From Tubiluchus corallicola (lineage: Eukaryota > Animalia > Priapulida): a DNA stretch of 64,000 nt. Below the pieces are notes generated by a model. That model was given only the letters and a program-made list of their open reading frames with translations, searched no databases and was not told the DNA's origin. Location: assembly GCA_030141605.1 (NCBI GenBank), contig JAQGDQ010000737.1:1-64000 (forward strand), in the 5' to 3' direction. Each line of letters opens with the position of its first letter. Positions within the stretch are counted from its first letter, which is position 1. The position numbers were made by a program, and so were the translations under genes. This document shows positions 60,155-64,000 of this stretch, piece by piece.

Positions 60155-63100
60155 AACATGCGACCAGGATAAAATTATGCCACTTAATTTGTATCTGTTT
60201 ACAATTTAGAATAGATTGAGATACTGTATTGCGTTTACACTTCTTATGTAAATCAGTTTTTGTAATCTTGTGTAGATTGCATTCTCATTTTTCAGGCATT
60301 TTTATTCTACCTCAGGTATTCAGTATTAAGAAAAGAAGGTGCAATACTCAGTGTGTTAAAATTACTTTGTTAAATGTTTAGTTCTTTTTAACCTTTTTGC
60401 TAGAGATTTCAGGGAAAAGTAAAAAAAATTCTCATAATTTGGTTTCAAATATCTCTTAACATTATATTATGCAAAGTAATATTATGTTACAATTGGTTGG
60501 ATATTGTGATTAATTGATTAATGTTTTCTTCATTAAAAACAACATTTTGTTTAATTTGAATGTTATACAACATAAGTATTATGCAATGCTTTATTTTGAT
60601 AAGATGCCAAAGATTGTATGTCTTACACAGATATATAATAATATAGGTATGTTAACAATGTATTTTGAAAGATATATATTTTATAGAAATGTATCTTGCA
60701 CATTTTAATAAAGTAAAGGATTTTTGCAATTTAAAATTACTGTCTGACATAATTGTACGATTGGAGTGGTTGAAATGACACAGTTACAATCCAGCACTTG
60801 TATTGTTACTTTCAAACAAGTGCATCAAGTAAAGATACCTACCTAAGTATCTGCAACAAAGACCTACAAAAAGTGGGCAGAGCTTTGTTAACTTCGTCAA
60901 TACTGCAACGAAGTGTGCAACTGCACAAAAGAAATACCTCTTATTTTGGCCACCTGAGGGCAGGTGGATTAATTTAAAAGGGGGGTGCGTGGTGTTTTTG
61001 CCTTGTTTAAAACCCACCTAACCTTTGCTACAATAAATAATGCCGTCGCTGGGAGCGGACATGTTTGTTTACAAAAACTAACTATGTAACCCGCCGATAG
61101 AGGGCGCGCAACAAGAAAATCACGCCAATTACGAGCCGTTGGGATGCTCGATAAACAAATTAATTTACCGAAGATTATTTTTAGTAGAGCTTAAACAATT
61201 GTTACTATTTGTTAGCTGCAAAATAATTAGAAGAAAGTAGATGACAAAGTAAACTGTAAAATAAGCAATTTAGTAGCTTATTAAGAAGATACCAATGAAA
61301 ATAGGTAGCAGTTGCTCAAAACCCTTATTTCACATGCAGTATGGTATCACTTGGCAACGCTCATGCGCTGAGCACCGCGTTTGTGTATAAAGCAAGTGTT
61401 TTAGTCGACATCCACGCATTCACTGAGACAAAAGCAGAGAAAACAAAAACCAGAAGTAAAGCTGAGAAACTAAAACTCAAACTTCCGAGTTGAAGGATGA
61501 AATAACTCAAATTGCCACAGTCATATGAACTTGTGACTGAATTAAGGCAAAGATGTACAAAGGTTTATCTGACAAATTGAACAGCCCATTGCATTCTGAA
61601 ATAGAATGATGCAACCTTAAATTAACAATGCGTCATTTTCAACAAGCAAATTGAAGTTTGCTCTGAATAATAAAGTTGAAGTCATCAACTTATATTGAAA
61701 TGTGTACTCCTACTATCATTTTATTGTATCTGATTTATTATTAGAAAATAAACTGGGTAAACTTAATTTCTTTGTTTGCATTTTCTTTCCACAGGTTCAA
61801 TGTAATCCAATTTGGTACATATATGCAGAAATGGACCCAAACTTCACACCTACACTATTATTTTAGTGAGGTTAATGTAATGTGGTGCACACAATTCATT
61901 CCCCTAGACAACAAAAATATTGATAATGCCAAACAGTGCAAACCACGTTACAGAAAAAACAAAATCATTTCCATTCATCAAGAATAATGACAAAGGCTGT
62001 TGATAAATCTATACAAAAATTGAAAAACAGCTCCACGATATTTTTGGTAGTTTCTGAGAAAGTTTAGTGGCAATCTAACCTGTGCATGAGTCTGAAATTT
62101 AATTTTAAGTTACTATTCTAACCAAATTGATAACAAATTTTGTGCTGTTATAATGGGGTGATTAAACACTCGTGACACCCTTAATTCGCCCCTGTGTGAA
62201 GTGTATGAAGGTTAGAATATTTTTGTATGAATCAATAGTAATGCATCATTAATTTATGTACTAAGCTTGGAATAGACTAAGTGAAGGGCAATGGGATGGC
62301 AGAAACATGTTACATCAGTATAATGTTAAACCAAATGAATTCTATAAGTTAATGGTGCATTATTATGATATTAACAATATGGCCCAAAAGACAAAGAACC
62401 GTTTACAAACAGTTAATGCTGTTGAGAATTCTACCCATTTCTAAGGCTGAGAGAGATGCAAAAAATCCCTTTGTCCATATGGAAAGAAGAAGTAAAAAGG
62501 AAATTGGACTGAAAATACATTAAAGATGTTGCTTGTCAATGTAGAATTAATATGAATTTTGAGAGAGTTATCATCTAGATATTGTTGCTGAGGAAAAATG
62601 TGAGAGAATGACAAAGCGAGGTTTCTGGAGAATGTTACAGTTTAATGAAATAACCCAATAGACAATGTAATAACTTGTAATTAAAAATTGTGTTTAAGAT
62701 TAGCTGAGTGGAAATTGAATTATGGTAGAAATACAGTGACCCTAAGAACAAAAATTACTTAAAAGCCCTTTTTGTAATAAACATGATGATAACATATGTC
62801 TTTGAAAAGTTGTGACGAGAGTTTAAGTAAAAAAATTAGACGAACTTGAAGTGCTTGTTGATGATCTTGACTAAAAGAGATGAGAAAGAAAAGCTGCCAA
62901 AACTAGACAGGAAGGATCCAAACAGTAATGATGGTAGCGGTAAAGAAAAAAATGAGTTTGGATATTTGGATACAAAAACGTAGTTGTGGAACCAGTTGTT
63001 GCTTGTTTGTTGATGTTGTTGTTTGCGATTTTGCTGAAGTGACGTTGTTGTCATATAAGAATAAAGTCTTAGTCTTCAAAAGTGTTTATGATAATGTGTA

Positions 63101-64000
63101 AGGCTAGTACAAATACACTGTTGAAGACCAAATTTAAAGGGGTGCAGATTATATATGTTTATTCAATATAGATCTCAAAATCCATAGAGTATTGTTAGTG
63201 TGGAATTGAGTCACTTAATCTAGCTAGTTTTATGCAGTGTTCAGCCAATATTATTTTTCGTCAGCTGTCCTTGATAGGCTGAAGCCCGTTAGTGGCTCTT
63301 TTGCTTAGTTCAGAGTGTCTGCTCAACTCGAAGTCTCAGAGACCAGAGCCAACTTTTTGCATTTTTACTTTGTCGACATCTTGTCTCCATGACCTGAGCA
63401 ACTCCAGGTCTCTTGATCTTATATTTTCTATAATGTCAATTGCTTTTTTCCATAACTTAAGCTACCATTACGTCTAATGAAAAGAGCTTGGTCAGGAGAT
63501 AATAGGCATTATTACGTCAAGTAAACCTAATTTACAATAAATCCTGCTGTAAAACTTAGCATTAACATAGCATAAAACATCCCACTATAAATTTTTTTAT
63601 AATACTAATGTGTTAAAAAATATAGAATGCTTTTGGATGAGATGTGGGCAGCGTTTGAATTTATGATACTGGCTTGCTGTTAAGGCTTCTACTTTTCTGC
63701 TGTCCTTTTAGCCTACTAACATTTGTGTGGTGAGCGGCCGTTGCGAACGCCTAAAATAAAACTGAATAAACCTTGGGAAAGCAGTTTACATGTTTGCGTA
63801 GATCTCTGTTATTGCGTCAATAGCGGTTCAGCGGTTCAGTAGTTGCTCTTCCCCGTTTCCAAGATGAGCACGACTTATTAAGTATGGAAGAGTAGATTAT
63901 TTACTTCTGACGTCATTATATGGTCATTCCTAGTTCTGCATACGAGCGTCACCCTTGCCATTTATTATGTTTCGTTGTAACATGCTCTTGCTTCCATAAT

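Noticed and set aside
60976-60990. Purine run AAAAGGGGGG as the Gypsy polypurine tract
   Set aside because: The following sequence does not match the inferred 5' LTR start.

Overview
AT-rich, intron-rich animal (probably invertebrate) genomic DNA, not prokaryotic. Minus strand 237-31100: 18 phase-consistent exons of a rotatin (RTTN) orthologue. It runs off the left edge and I could not find its N-terminal exons. Plus strand 35529-48394: a complete 10-exon ZNF341 orthologue (about 828 aa), divergent from RTTN. A roughly 6 kb block bracketed by direct repeats sits antisense in one RTTN intron. It holds an orphan amidase last exon and an unrecognised two-exon gene: N-myristoylation-like start, polybasic patch, three PPxY motifs, acidic repeats and a Cys/His-rich C-terminus. 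At 53695-60154 is a defective Ty3/Gypsy element with a 2 kb LTR holding a 17-18 bp array, a tRNA-Pro PBS and an open gag. Its protease and RT are deleted, its integrase is mutated, and it has an apparently spliced zinc-finger ORF in the env position. Introns contain many MITEs, Helitron-like elements, LINE/SINE fragments and minisatellites, several built from splice-site or exon sequence. Homology calls rest on manual translation compared with recalled human sequences; no search was run.
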